Source: Heteronotia binoei
Taxonomy: Eukaryota
DNA length: 64,000 nt
Reading direction: 5' to 3'
Assembly (NCBI RefSeq): GCF_032191835.1
Contig: NC_083237.1
Span: 18,166,001 to 18,230,000, forward strand
The notes beneath the pieces are model-generated. The model had not been told where the DNA came from. It saw nothing but the letters and a program-made list of their open reading frames with translations, and ran no database searches. This document shows, piece after piece, positions 44,887 to 58,454 of this stretch; the stretch's first letter is position 1; each line of letters begins with the position of its first letter. The position numbers were made by a program, and so were the translations under genes.

Positions 44887-45855
44887 TCACTTTGTCACTT
44901 TGCTCCTCAGGAATTTCCCCCTTCTCTTCCACAGCCTTCCCAGTGCCTCCTTCACCTGATCGTTCCTCAGACAATAAATCATGGGGTTGAGAAAGGGTGT
45001 GACTGCCGTGTAGAAGACCGTGACCACTTTAGTGACCGCTGAGGAATTCTCTCCAACTGGAGCTAAGTACATCCCAGCCACAGAGCCATAGAAAAGGGTC
45101 ACCACCAGCAGATGGAAAGAGATAGTGGAGAAGGACTTCTTAAAACTGCCTTGGAAGGAGTTTTTCATCAGGGTTAGAATCACAACACCATAAGACAGCG
45201 AAACAAATAAGACATTGCAAGAAACCATCGTATGCATAAACACTTTGCAGACACTGGGAACAATTCCTAGTGGAGGGCAGGCAAGAGACAAAATGGGCAC
45301 AGGGTCACACAGGAAGTGGTTGATGATTTGGGGGCCACAGAAGGACAACCTGGAGATCAAAATCACAGGGATAAGATACCACAGGAAGCCAAGGATCCAA
45401 CAAGCAGCCACCAGAATGTAGCAAGAATCTGGGGACATAATTTGTGGATAGCGCAGAGGATGGCAGATAGCCACGTACCTATCCAAGGCCATGGCTGACA
45501 GGAAGAAGCATTCAGTGGTGCCAAGTGAGAAGAAGAGGTAGAACTGAAGGAAGCAGACGTGAAAGGAGATGATTCCTTGAGGAGATGTCAAATCAAACAG
45601 CATTCGGGGTACTGTGGCACTCACGTAACAGATCTCCAGCCAGGAGAAGTTGCTCAGCAGGATGTACATGGGAAGCCGGGACAAGTGGGCGTCTAGAACC
45701 ACCAGTGTGATGATGGTGATATTCTCAGCTAAAGTGAGCATGTACAGAATGGAAAAAAAGATGAGGAGCAGGAACTGCGCCTGTCGCGCAACTCCAAACC
45801 CCAGCAAAATGAACTCCTTCACTGTGGTCCCATTGATCAAGAGGCCCAACTCCAT
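44887..45855 (-). CDS. Olfactory receptor, intact, 322 aa (paralog of 20490..21458)
   Basis: All OR motifs present; 16 aa differences from copy A by manual alignment. Confidence 0.97.
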   Translation of the reverse strand: MELGLLINGTTVKEFILLGFGVARQAQFLLLIFFSILYMLTLAENITIITLVVLDAHLSRLPMYILLSNFSWLEICYVSATVPRMLFDLTSPQGIISFHVCFLQFYLFFSLGTTECFFLSAMALDRYVAICHPLRYPQIMSPDSCYILVAACWILGFLWYLIPVILISRLSFCGPQIINHFLCDPVPILSLACPPLGIVPSVCKVFMHTMVSCNVLFVSLSYGVVILTLMKNSFQGSFKKSFSTISFHLLVVTLFYGSVAGMYLAPVGENSSAVTKVVTVFYTAVTPFLNPMIYCLRNDQVKEALGRLWKRRGKFLRSKVTK

Positions 45856-47545
45856 CTGGAATCAGAAAAGAACAATGTCTTTTTCCAGGACATGTTTTTT
45901 GTTGAAAAAGCACAGTGGGAACTCATTAGCATATTAGGACACACACACCACGATGTCACCATTGTTTCACACAGAAACTAATTTGCATATTATGCAACAC
46001 CTCCAGACACCATGCCAGCAGAGATGGTGTCCCTATGCGTTCCTGCTCAAAAAAGCCCTGTCTTTTTGAAATACGAAAAGCAGTCACTACTACCTGTTGA
46101 TCTTTTCCACTTAGAAGTAAAAAAGCTAGCAGGACTGCCCTCTAGGAATGGCAGGATCCTTTCCTTGGTTCTTCAGAAGCAACCTCTCCCTCATCAGTTC
46201 TACATTATTGTATAAGCACAACCCAACAGATGCTCTTGAGATGCACTGAGAAGCATTGCTGTCAGGCAACTTCATTCAAAATATTTGTAGAAGACTCCCT
46301 TTATGCCCTAGAGAGCCAGTTTTGTGTAATAGTTAAGTGTGTGGACTCTTATCTGGGACAACCGGGTTTGATTCCCCAGTTCCCCACTTGCATCTGCTGG
46401 AATGGCCTTGGGTCAGCCATAGCTATCACAGAGGTTGTCCTCTAAAGGGCAGCTGCTGTGAGAGCCCTCTCAGCCCCACCCACCTCACAGGGTGTCTGTT
46501 GTGGGGGGAGAAGATATAGGAGATTGTAAGCCGCTTTGAATCCCTGATGGGGTATAGGGTGGGGTATAAATCTGCAGTCCTCTTCTTCTTCTAAAAGCTG
46601 CAGGGTGGCAACTGCGATAAGTGGCAATGGCATGGAAAAGAGTTACACAAAGCCGTTAGGACGTGCCCCAGCCCTAGTGTAAGCTGCAGGGAGGATCCCA
46701 TTACAGCCCCCCTCACTCACTGAATGTAATCTTTGGATACAATATGTTGACATTGACTTCAATTACACTTACCTTATTTGCTTAGTTTCTGGACGCCGTC
46801 ATTTTTACTGGAGGGTAGCGATTTTATATTGTGATCGTTTAAAATATATTAAATGTATACTTTATTGTTTTTAATGGTTATGTTGTAACCCACCCTGAGC
46901 CTGTTCATGGGAAGGGGCAGGCTAGAAATCAGATCAGATTAATCAAATCAGAGCATATTGGAGGTAAATGCAACCTTATAAGCAGACAGCACAGCTGCTT
47001 CCAGTGTTCCCTCTGAGTTAGTGCAAGCTAGCTCAGTTTTTTAGCCTCCGGCTCACACGTTTTTGTCTGAGCTCATGGAAAATGGCCCCAGAGCAAACTA
47101 ATGTATGCAGTCACTCACAACTTTATTGCCACTAGTTCACAAAGTAGAATTTTTGCTCACAGGATCCCACAGCTTTAGAGGGAGCACTGGTACTAATCCT
47201 GTTTCAGTTCCCCCAAGACAGCAACAGCCATTTAGAACTTTTGCTATCGCAGACAACTCAGCAGTTCTCTGCTTCAAAAATCTGCCAGTCTGAGGAGTGA
47301 CGGCTTCCCAAAGGAGGAAAGGCCCTAATGGGAACATCTCCCATCCTAGCTTCCACTAATAAAGCATCTATTGACCATTCTGAACAATCAACCAATGGTC
47401 AGCCTCACAGAGAATGCTTGATATTATGCTTCTCCAGGGCTCATTTTCTAGCAGGAGTTCTTTTGTATATTAGGCCACAAATCCCTGATGCAGCCAATCC
47501 TCCAATGAGCTTCCAGGGCTCTTAGCACAGGGCTCTTCCAAACAG

Positions 47546-47833
47546 AATGCCAGTTTGGTGTAGTGGTTAAGTGCGTGGACTCTTATCTAGGAGAACGAGG
47601 TTTGATTCCCCACTCCTCCACCTGCACCTGCTGAGATGGTCTTGAGTCAGCCATAGCTCTGGCAGAGTTGTCCTTGAAAAGGCAGCTGCTGTGGGAGCCC
47701 TCTCAGCCCAACCCACCTCACAGGGTATTTGTTTTGGGGGGAGAAGATATGGGAGATTGTAAGCCACTCCGAGTCTCTGATTCAGAGAGGAGGGCAGGGT
47801 ATAAATCTGCAATTCTTCTTCTCTTCTTCTTCT
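47546..47833 (+). mobile_element. Squam3-like SINE with probable TSD cagggctcttc(c)aaa
   Basis: Full SINE flanked by cagggctcttccaaa / cagggctcttcaaa. Confidence 0.8.
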
Positions 47834-50800
47834 TCCAGGGCTCTTCAAAGGCTGGCTGGATCCCACTCCATGTCAACTCTGCTTTTTCTGCAAAAACAGA
47901 TGTCATTAGCCAGCAGCTTTGAATGAGAAGACTAGGAACAATCTCTGTTCTGTGCTCTCTAGAGATCATTGGCAAGCAGGGACTACTGAACGCCCGAAAT
48001 GTGGTGCATTGCACAAATAAGAAAATAAATCAGATAAACTTATGGAAACCTGGGCCTTTTGCTTATGCTTTAAAATATCAGTTAGATCTGCAAGCAAACA
48101 TGTGAAGGCTTCATGCCACAGGAAGCTGCAGCTGTCCATTTCAGCCCATTAAGCTTCTATTAAAAGGGCAGGATTTCTTTTCCTGTCCAGCTGACAACTT
48201 TATTCCAGAGTCCTATTAAAATATGCTGCAACCCATAAAAAGGCGGTTAGGAATCCTTGCATGGCATACCAGAGATCTTTGAGGATACTGTAGAGGTGTG
48301 CTCACCACACCCATGTAGCGACTTTGCAAGGGTTGCACAAAGAATCCCTTTGCCTTGCCAGCCACTAGAAATAAACCACTGCGTTTTTATGTTGCAAATA
48401 AATGCTTAAACAATTTCTTTCATAATGATGCAATTACGGTACATTATTATCATCACAAACCAAAATTCATTAAATGCCAAAGAAAAAATCAAAAAGTTAC
48501 TTCACACCACTCTTGTAAGGTAGCACTGTACATTCCACTGTCTCAGTTTTCCTTTGCTTGAAAGACACAGAGAGCCATTCATGCAAGCTGCAAAGTAGCA
48601 TTGTATTGTAAAGTGTGAGCAATTGCCTTTAGCACGGGTTCTGAAGCTGAAAGAAAGCGTCCAGTGGAAGGTGAACAAAACACAGAACTGAACCTAGGAC
48701 CTGTGTAGCCACTGCACCCGTCAGATTTCAATCTGCTACCCACAGAAGGCATCATATACAAGCGTGGTGCTGTCTGCGTCTTTCAAGCAAAAGAGAACTG
48801 AGACAGTGGATTGCAAAGTGCTACCTTACAAGAGTGGTGTGAAGTAACTTTTTGATTTTTCTATGAACATTTAATGAATTTTGGTTTGTGATGGTAATAA
48901 TATAATTGCATCGTTGTGAAAGAAATTGTTTAAGCATTTATTTGCAACTTAAAAACACAGTGGTTTATTTCTATTGTTGGCTAATCAGTACACTGCAGTT
49001 TCCGGTTTGCCCAGCCTCATATTAAGATCAGGCCTGTCCATAATTTTAGAAGTCCAAATCTTCTTCCTCTGAAGAAGCCCAAATGTGTTCATATCCACCC
49101 TCCCAGCCCCCTTTGGTCTGGCCACAGTTCCCATTTCTATACCTTGGCAACAGTCTAAACAGAAGATCCCTCCAGCAGCTCCAAGTCAGCGTCTGGGGAA
49201 GAAGTATGTTCTTCTTTGTTCCTCTTTATTAATGGAGTGAAGGATGGGAAGCACCATATTTTTGCCTTGGCAGAAGAAAGTGTCAGTGTGTGTGTGTGCA
49301 AGGCAAGGCAAGGCAAGGCAAGAGTACTGCTGCATAAGTAGGGCTGCAGTTTTAATCAGTCACCTGCATCAACTGGGGGATCATATATCCCTGGAGGGCA
49401 AAGACACTATCCAACAAAAACAGCATCTCTTGGGACAACAGCTCCTCTCCCTCTTCATTATGGTGTGTGATATTTCTGAAAGACTTTCAAAGACAGAGTA
49501 GTGCTCCGCCACATAATGAATACCTTTGAGAAAAAGAAGATGATGATGATATTGGATTTATACCTTGCTCTCCACTCTGAATCTCAGAGTGGCTCACAAT
49601 CTCCTTTACCTCCTCCCCCCCCCCGCACACACCACAACAGACACCCTGTGAGGTGGGTGGGGCTGAGAGGACTCTCACAGCAGCTATCCTTTCAAGGACA
49701 ACTCTGCAAGGGCTATGGCTGACCCAAGGCCATTTCAGCAGCTGCAAGTGGAGGAGTGGTTAATCAAACCCGGTTGTCCAAGATAAGAGCCCACACACTT
49801 AAGCACTACACCAAACTGGATAAGAACATAAGAGAAGCCATGTTGGATCAAGCCAATGGCCCATCCAGTCCAACACTCTGTATCACACAGTGGTATATAT
49901 TTATACACACACACATATAGACAGTGGCTAATAGCCACTGATGGACCTCTGCTCCATATTTTTATCCAATCCCCAAGCAGCAAAGCAAATCTATATCTTT
50001 TTATACTTATTTGCTTGAAAATATGGATAACCTGCACTTCAGGTGGCTTGCCTTGGTAGCACTGAAACACCCTTCAGAACAGAATGTCAAAACACAACAA
50101 CTCCGCAAACAAGCACCAGCAATGGATGTCATAAAGTCAAAACGGAACAATCCAAAAACTGCATGAACATGAATAAAACTAAGAGCCAAAAAAATCAAGT
50201 GGCAATAAAATCATGTGATAAAATAGCAAGAATTTGAAAAAAAAGGGATAGAAGCCAGGGGAAAGGGGGGAGTGAGAGGAGGAGATGGAGGTGACACCAG
50301 TCACAATTCAACGAAATGCTAAGGAAAAGAACCTAGCACCTAACTTCACAAAATGGGCACCCGGCGAACTTTTATAAGGAGATAATTGCAAAGCAGACTA
50401 CAGAGATCAGTTGTTCCCCTGGAGAAACATATGAACATGGACTTCTGGGCTTTGGTCATGGAGGATTGAGCTGCTTCTCAGCCAAAGAGCAGACCAGAGC
50501 CTCTATTCTGGGCAGAGAAGATGATCCTAACACCTGCTGCCTACTTCTTCCAGATAAGGAGAAGGCCAAGACATGCATATTAAGTTCTGAGGGGATTTAC
50601 TTTGGCTGATGACGAGTTCCAATGGGGTTCCTTTTTGGCTTTGAAGAGTTCCTGGAGAAGGATTGCATTCAACTGTCTACAGAGGATTTCTGAGGTCATT
50701 AAATTGACTTAAATTCACCAAGATTCAAGGCTTCTTTGGAACTGATCAACATTAATCTTTGAAAAGAGCAGTGTGCATAAGGATAGCGGCAAAAAAGGTA

Positions 50801-53800
50801 AAAGATCTATATCTAACACTCCGGGACTAATATAAGACCAATTTAAAATAAAAACAAAGGTCTAGATCCAGTTATATTATCTTAAACTAAGGAAGATAAA
50901 GGAGGGGGTAATTTTGGGACTAATAAAATTGGAGGAATAAGGATAAAAGTGGAAAAACAAACTTTGTTTTGAATACCTGCGGTCGGGTCAGACAACCCCC
51001 TCCGAAATAGAACTGCTGACTTGGTGAAGATATCACAGGAAATGGCATCACAGAAACAACATGAGACTTCTTAACCATTGAAAACGAGACTTCTTGGCAA
51101 GAGAGGAAGGAAATAGCCATTAAGAGAAGGGAAAACTGCAAGCCTCCCAGCCCTCTCTAGGACTTTAAATCATAGAGAAGCACTGGCGGCCATTAAAAGA
51201 AGGTCAAAATTTTAAAAATTAATCAAAAGAAAATGGGACTTTAAAAAATAGTGGAGCCGGCAGATATCATCATTAAAAAGTGAAATCTATTGGATTATAT
51301 GTTTTGAATCAATTTTGGTGCAGTTCAGGAGAAAAAAGGAAAAACTTTTTTAAAGGGACAGAAAAGTCTCGAGCGCCATTTTGAAGAAATAAAAACTTTT
51401 AAAAATTAATATTTGGACTTAGGAGCCTCTGGGAATGGTGATTTTAGGCTCATATAAAAGGGCATGCTCCAGTCTACAAGACTGTGTAATTGAAAATTGA
51501 ATTTGTGAGGTCAACATTGGCGCCTATTTAAACAATGGGCGGGCAGTGATGTCTATGCAAAAACCAGGAGCAAAGCAGATTCGAACGAGGGCTGGGTCAC
51601 TTGAAGAAGCAAAAATGGCTAAATGGCAGGAGGCAATTGATGCTATGGAAGCAAGACTGGTAAAAATAATAAAGGAGTCATTAATACAATGCAAGAAGGA
51701 AATAAAAAAAACAGAATCGAATGCAGAAGAAGTCAAAAAAGAAATTAAAAAAGAAATTGAAGATCTCAGAAAGGATTCTCAAGCAGTGTTAAAGAAAGTT
51801 CAGGAGGTGGAAGAAAAGGTGAAAGGCCAAGATTTAAGAATAGACACAGTGGATTCCACTATTCAAAAAATGCAGGAGAAAGCAGTACTACAAGATTGTA
51901 AAGTAATGGAAAATCAGATACGATTGAGAGGGGTGCCTGAATCTGTTGAGACTGATTTAAGGACATATATTATAAAAATCATTGCTGAATTTTTGGATGA
52001 AAACCCAGATGAAACCAACTATTTTTATGACTACATTTATAGGGCAAATTTGGATTATGCCAGAAAAAAACAAATTACCAAGAGATGTCGTAGTAAGATT
52101 TGTGACAAAAGATATGGTGGGGAAAATTTTGAGCAAACAATTTGAAAAAACATTGGAGGTGGATGGCAGCAGTGTAAGAATCATGAAAGAATTGCCAAGG
52201 AAAGTCATCAACGACAGGAGATTGCACAAAAAATTGCCAGAAAAGCTGAGAGAAAATGAAATGAGATACAGATGGATACTTCCAGAGGGTTTAAGTTTTG
52301 AATACAAAGGAAAGAGATTCACAATTACAAACACCCAGGAAATGACAAAGTTCTTGGGGGATTGTAAAGAATTTGGAGAAACAGATTAAGAATAAAAAAT
52401 CATTATGGATTACAAATTAATATCTTGAAATGTAAATGGACTAAATTCACCACAAAAAAGAAGGGCAACCTTTCATTGGACTGGGAAACAAAAATGTAAT
52501 ATAATTTGTCTACAAGAAGTACATATTAAGCAAATGGATTACAATTTTTTATGGAATAAACAACTTGGTATGGAATTTTGTTCATTGGCCAAGGAGAAAA
52601 AAGGGGCATGGTTTTTTATATTAAACAAGATTTAGACCCAAAATTGATTTTTTTTAAAGACGATAATGGCAGATATATTGCGGTGGAAGTGACGTTGAAT
52701 TATAAAAGAACTTAGTTCTTGGGAGTGTGTGCCCCAAATGGAGCAAAAGACTTCTTTTTTAAAGACATTATACAACAATTAGACCAAGTGGTGTATGAGC
52801 AAATTATGATAATGGGAGACTTTAATGGAACAGTTAAAAATATTTTGGACAGGTCTGGAAAAAAAAATAATGAAGGGAAGCTACCAAAGTCATTTTTTGA
52901 TTTGGTAAAACAAGAGAGTTTGGAAGACATTTGGAGGGAATTTAACCCCAAAGAATGTGATTATACTTTCTTTTCAGCAAGGCATAATTCTTTTTCGAGA
53001 ATTGATATGTTATGGATTACAAAGGATCTTGGACTATTAACAAAGAAAATAGAGATACTTTCTAAAATAGGGGCAGACTACAATCCAATAATGTGGTCTG
53101 CAAAACCAGTGAAAAAGACTATAATGGCGGATAAATGAAGATTTGCTACAGAAGCAGGAGGTAGTGGCGTCTCTGGAAAAGGAGACTAAATTCTTCTTTC
53201 AAATAAATGAAAAAGAAGACACTCAATTTCAAATTGTGTGGGGTGCCTATAAAGTGGTAATGAGGGGCATTTTAATTACATTGAATAGTAAAAAGAAAAG
53301 AGCGAAAAATAAGCAACTGCTGGACGTTCAGAAAGAAATTGGAATAAAGGAGAAGGAGCTTAAAAAATGACCTGGGAAAAAGAAAAATATAAGGGAGATT
53401 ACAATATTACAAAGCCAATTGAGACATTTGTTGAATAAAGAAGTGGAATGGAACTTAGAAAGACTTCAAAAGAAATCTTTTGAAGGAGCGAATTAACCTG
53501 GAAAATACTTGGCATGGCAAATGAAGAAAAAAAGGGAGAATAAAGTTATTAATAAAATTGTATCGGGAGGAAAGGACATTGTTGATCAGGAAGGAACTAA
53601 AAGAGAATTTTATAAATACTATGCCAAGCTATTTAAAAGTCAAAAGGTGGATAGAAAAAAAATTGATGCATATCTACAGAAAATTAAGGTAAATCCCTTA
53701 ACAGAAAATATGGAGAAGGTACTGAATGAACCAATCGAAAAAGGAGAAATAGAGGTGGCGATTAATTCAATGAAGATAGGAAAAGCACCTGGTCCAGATG

Positions 53801-54843
53801 GCTTTACGGTAAAATTTTATAAAGTCCTCGCGGAGGCGTCATTACCAAAACTTTAGAAATTGATGAATATAAGAATAGATGGGAAAATTCCTAATATATG
53901 GAAAGAAGCAGTAATTTTGTTGATACCAAAAGAAGACAGAGATGCTACAAATGTAAAAAACTATAGACCAATTTCATTACTTAACAATAATTATAAAATA
54001 TATGCCAGAATTTTAGCAGAACGCCTGAAACAGCATTTGAACAATTTTATTAAAGAGCAAACAGGATTTCTTCCCAGCAGGCAAATTAGAGATAATATCA
54101 GAACAGTTATAGATATTATTGAATATTATGAGAAAGATCCTGAAAAAGAAGAAGCATTATTTTTTGCTGACGCAGAGAAAGCATTTGACAATGTGCATTG
54201 GGACTTCATGTTTGCCGTGATAGAGAAACTGAGATTGGGAGAAGATTTTATAAGAATGGTGAAGGCGATATATACTGAACAACAAGCAAGGCTCTGTGTA
54301 AATGCAGATTTGACAGAAAAAATGATAATTAGTAAAGGAATAAGTCAAGGTTGCCCTCTATCTCCATTGATATTTATAATGACTTTAGAGGTTTTGCTAA
54401 TGCAAATTCAAGAAGATAAAGAGATAGAGGGACTGAAATTGAAAGGTTTTTCTTATAAATACAGAGCGTTTGCAGATGATGTAATGTTTATAAATGAAAA
54501 TCCCACTCATGTAAAACCACTGTTGCTTCGTAATATACAATATGGAGAATTGACAGGCTTTTATATAAACAAAGAAAAATCAAAAATGTTGTGCAAAAAA
54601 AATGTTAAAAAGTAAACAGGAAGAACTACAGAGGCTAACAGAGTGTGAAGTTACTTCCAAAGTAAAATATTTAGGTGTGGAAATAACAACAAAAAATCTG
54701 AACTTGTACAAAAATAATTATGAAAAGCTTTGGCGTAAGATCGATGGAGATTTGATAAAATGGAATAAGTTGAATTTGTCTATGCTGGGCAGAATTTCTG
54801 CAATCAAGATGAATGTCTTACCGGGAATTATGTTCCTGTTTCA

Positions 54844-56366
54844 TAAGAACGTAGGAACATAAGAGAAGCCATGTTAGATCAGGCCAATGTCCCATCCAGT
54901 CCAACACTCTGTNNNNNNNNNNNNNNNNNNNNNNNNNNNNNNNNNNNNNNNNNNNNNNNNNNNNNNNNNNNNNNNNNNNNNNNNNNNNNNNNNNNNNNNN
55001 NNNNNNNNNNNNNNNNNNNNNNNNNNNNNNNNNNNNNNNNNNNNNNNNNNNCTGTGGCAGTGAATTCCACATGTTAATCACCCTTTGGGTAAAGAAGTAC
55101 TTCCTTTTATCCGTTTTAAACTGTCTGCTCAGCAATTTCATCGAATGCCCACGAGTTCTTGTATTGTGAGAAAGGGAGAAAAGTACTTCTTTCTCTACTT
55201 TCTCCATCCCATGCATTATCTTGTAAACCTCTATCATGTCATCCTGCAGGCGACGTTTCTCCAAGCTAAAGAGCCCCAAGCGTTTCAGCCTTTCTTCATA
55301 GGGAAAGTGTTCCAGCCCTTTAATCATTCTAGTTGCCCTTTTCTGGACTTTCTCCAATGCTATAATATCCTTTTTGAGGTGCAGCGACCAGAACTGCACA
55401 CAGCACTCCAAATGAGACCGCACCATCGATTTATACAGGGGCATTATGATACTGGCTGATTTGTTTTCAATTCCCTTCCTAATAATTCCCAGCATGGCGT
55501 TGGCCTTTTTTATTGCAAACACACACTGTCTTGATATTTTCAATGAGTTATCTACCATGACCCCAAGATCTTTCTCTTGGTCAGTCTCTGCCAGTTCACA
55601 CCCCATCAACTTGTATTTGTAGCTGGGATTCTTGTCCCCAATGTGCATTACTTTGCACTTGGCCACATTGAACCACATCTGCCACGTTGACGCCCACTCA
55701 CCCAGCCTCAACAGATCTCTTTGGAGTTCCTCACAATCCTCTCTGGTTCTCACCACCCTGAACAATTTAGTGTCATCCGCAAACTTGGCCACTTCACTGC
55801 TCACTCCCAACTCTAAATCATTTATGAACAAGTTAAAGAGCATGGGACCCAGTACCAAGCCCTGCGGCACCCCACTGCTTACCGTCCTCCACTGTGAAGA
55901 CTGCCCATTTATACTCACTCTCTGCTTCCTATTACTCAGCCAGTTTTTGATCCACAAGAGGACCTGTCCTTTTACTCCATGACTTTCAAGCTTTCTAAGG
56001 AGCCTTTGATGAGGAACTTTATCAAAAGCTTTCTGGAAGTCAAGGTAAACAACATCTATCGGGTCTCCTTTGTCCACATGTTTGTTCACCCCCTCAAAGA
56101 AATGTAACGGGTTAGTGAGGCAAGATCTTCCCTTACATAACCCATGCTGAGTCTTCCTCAATAACCCATGTTCAACAATGTGCCTACTCATTCTGTCCTT
56201 GATAATGCTTTCTACCAACTTTCCCGGTATTGAAGTCAGACTCCCACAGTGGACAACTCTGATCCATTACCCGGTAGAAAAATAGCAGCCAACCCTTCAT
56301 CTCTTTGAGATGAGACCTCCCGAACCAGAGACATTTCATCTCCTGTCGGCTTTCCTCCAAGATTTA
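54844..56366 (-). mobile_element. CR1 LINE 3' part (RT domain plus 3' UTR) nested in L1 ORF2
   Basis: ORF 54818..56218(-): YLDFQKAFDKVPH, SGVPQG, KFADD, FNVAKCKVMH. TSD gtttca (54838-54843, 56367-56372). Confidence 0.95.
54913..55051. other. Assembly gap or masked run of 139 N
   Basis: Run of n inside the CR1 3' UTR. Confidence 1.
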
Positions 56367-57009
56367 GTTTCAAACAATTCCAATAGTGAAAGACAACAAA
56401 CAATTTAATAAATGGCAAAGGAAACTTTCAGAATTTGTATGGGTCAGGAAAAAACCAAGAATTAAAATGAAAATCTTGACTGATGCAAAAGAAAGGGGAG
56501 GATTTCAACTGCCTAATTTGAAGTTGTATCATGATGCAGTATGCCTGGTGTGGATTAAGGAATGGATGACATTACTAAATAGAAAATTACTAGCACTAGA
56601 AGGCCATGGAAATGTCTTTAGTTGGAATATTTACATGTATTATGGGAAAAATAAGATGGAAGGGTTTTTTCGCATCATTATATAAGAAGCAATCTGTTAA
56701 ATACTTGGCCAAAATATAAAAGATATGGGGATGAGAGGAAACCACTTTGGATTGTGCCAACAGAAGAAATAAAATTGTATTCAGATACTAAAGAAGATAA
56801 GTGGTTATCATATAAACAAGCTTTTAAAAATACATGGAGGAAAGGTGGAATTAAAATCGGCTGAAGAATTACAGTATAAATATAATTGGTTTCAATTGCA
56901 ACAAATTAAAGTTTGCTTGAACAGGACATCAAGAATGATGGAATAAGACAAGAACAAACAGAATTGGAGAGAATGCTGTTTGGTGAAAATGAAAAATTGA
57001 TTTCAAGAA

Positions 57010-57494
57010 CTTAAAGGTGCTGGTTATCACCTTTAAAGCCCTATATGGCTTGGGACCTGTCTACCTGAAGGACCGTCTTTCCTCGCATGTTCCCCAGAGA
57101 GTACTGAGGTCGGGAACACAAAATCTCCTTACTGTCCCTGGGCCGAAAGAAGCCCGCTTGAAATCCACCAGAGAAAGGGCTTTCTCTGTTATGGCCCCTA
57201 CATGGTGGAATCAGTTGCCGGAAGAGGTGAGGGCCCTGCGGGACCTTCTTCAGTTCCGCAGGGCCTGTAAGACGACCCTCTTCCGGCTAGCCTATACCTA
57301 GCTTGAGAACTTAATGCAACTTGCCAGATTTCTTTTATATATATTTCGAATATTTATTAATATTTATGGTTTTATCTGTTTTATCTGTTTTAAATGTTTA
57401 TTCCCTTATATGTTTAAATATTGCTTAATTTTATGCTGGATCTATTGTTGGAAGCCGCCCTGAGCCACCCGTGGGAAGGGCGGGATATAAATTC

Positions 57495-57525
<31 letters not shown>

Positions 57526-57526
57526 A
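57010..57526 (+). mobile_element. L2 LINE 3' end nested in L1 ORF2
   Basis: LVITFKALYGLGPVYLKDRL..APTWWNQLPEEVR..; (taaa)n tail. The L1 frame resumes after it (ENEKLISR..LLKWSTEDE). Confidence 0.9.
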
Positions 57527-58073
57527 TTATTGAAATGGTCTACAGAAGATGAAATAGTTAAATCTCAAATGATAAAATGGGCGATAAATATAAATAAGGA
57601 AATACAGATGGAGTCATGGGAATACTTATGGAAGAATTCTATGAAAATATTGACATGTTACAATATTAAAGAAAATTATTTCAAAATGTTATATAGGTGG
57701 TATATGACACCCAAGAAACCAGCAAAAATGAATAATCAGGTGTTGGATAGATGTTGGAAATGCAAAAAACAAGAAGGATCTTTCTACCATATGTGGTGGA
57801 CTTGTGAAAAGGCAAAACAATTTTGGCAAATGATTCAGCAAGAGATTTCAAAAATTTTGGGATATAATATCAAGAAGGCACCAGACATTTTTCTGTTGGG
57901 CTTACAAATGGAAATATTTCCAAAACAAGATAGAACAATAATTTGGTATATGCTTTCAGCTGCTCGGACATTATATGCGCAGATGTAGAAGCAAGATAAA
58001 ATACCAGAAAAGTGGAAATGCACTTTAAAAGTTATGCATTGGCGTGAAATGGACAAGCTTACAAGAATCTTAT

Positions 58074-58275
58074 GAACATATGAAGCTGCCTTATACTGAA
58101 TCAGACCTTCAATCCATCAAAGTCAGTCTTGTCTACTCACTGGCAGTGGCTCTCCAGAGTCTCAAGCTGAGGTTTTTTACACCTATTTGCCTGGACCCTT
58201 TTTAGTTGGAGATGCCGGGGATTGAACCTGGGGCCTTCTGTTTACCAAGAAGATCCTCTACCATTGAGACACCAT
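58074..58275 (-). mobile_element. Squam2-like SINE (paralog of 25926-26135)
   Basis: acatatgaagctgccttatactgaatcagacc...ggattgaacctgggg. Confidence 0.75.
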
Positions 58276-58454
58276 CCCTCTCAAATGGCTGCTTTGGAGG
58301 GTGAACTGTATCGTATTTATATCTCCCTGGGGTCCCTTGCCAATCTCTGTCCCCAAATGTCCAGGAATAGAGCTGGCATCCCTAACCTGAAACGATATGG
58401 TCATTACACTTTCCCCCCAACATGCTGCCATTGCAATTTTGAAGGTATGTTTGG

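Larger units (their letters stand above)
50439..58070 (+). mobile_element. Near full-length decayed L1 (5' UTR 50439-51548, ORF1 51549-52389, ORF2 52405-58070), 3'-truncated, copy B only
   Basis: 5' ggacttctgg; ORF1 QIRLRGVPE..LPRDVVVRF; ORF2 APE start MDYKLIS*NVNGLNS, MGDFN, RT QGCPLSP and FADD, C-terminal RCWKCKKQEGSFYHMWWTC. Many stops and frameshifts. Flanked by tatgaacat / tatgaacat. Confidence 0.92.

Noticed and set aside
54818-56218. Intact 466-aa reverse transcriptase gene
   Set aside because: It is a 5'-truncated CR1 with no endonuclease. The ORF length is inflated by the N gap and the 3' UTR.
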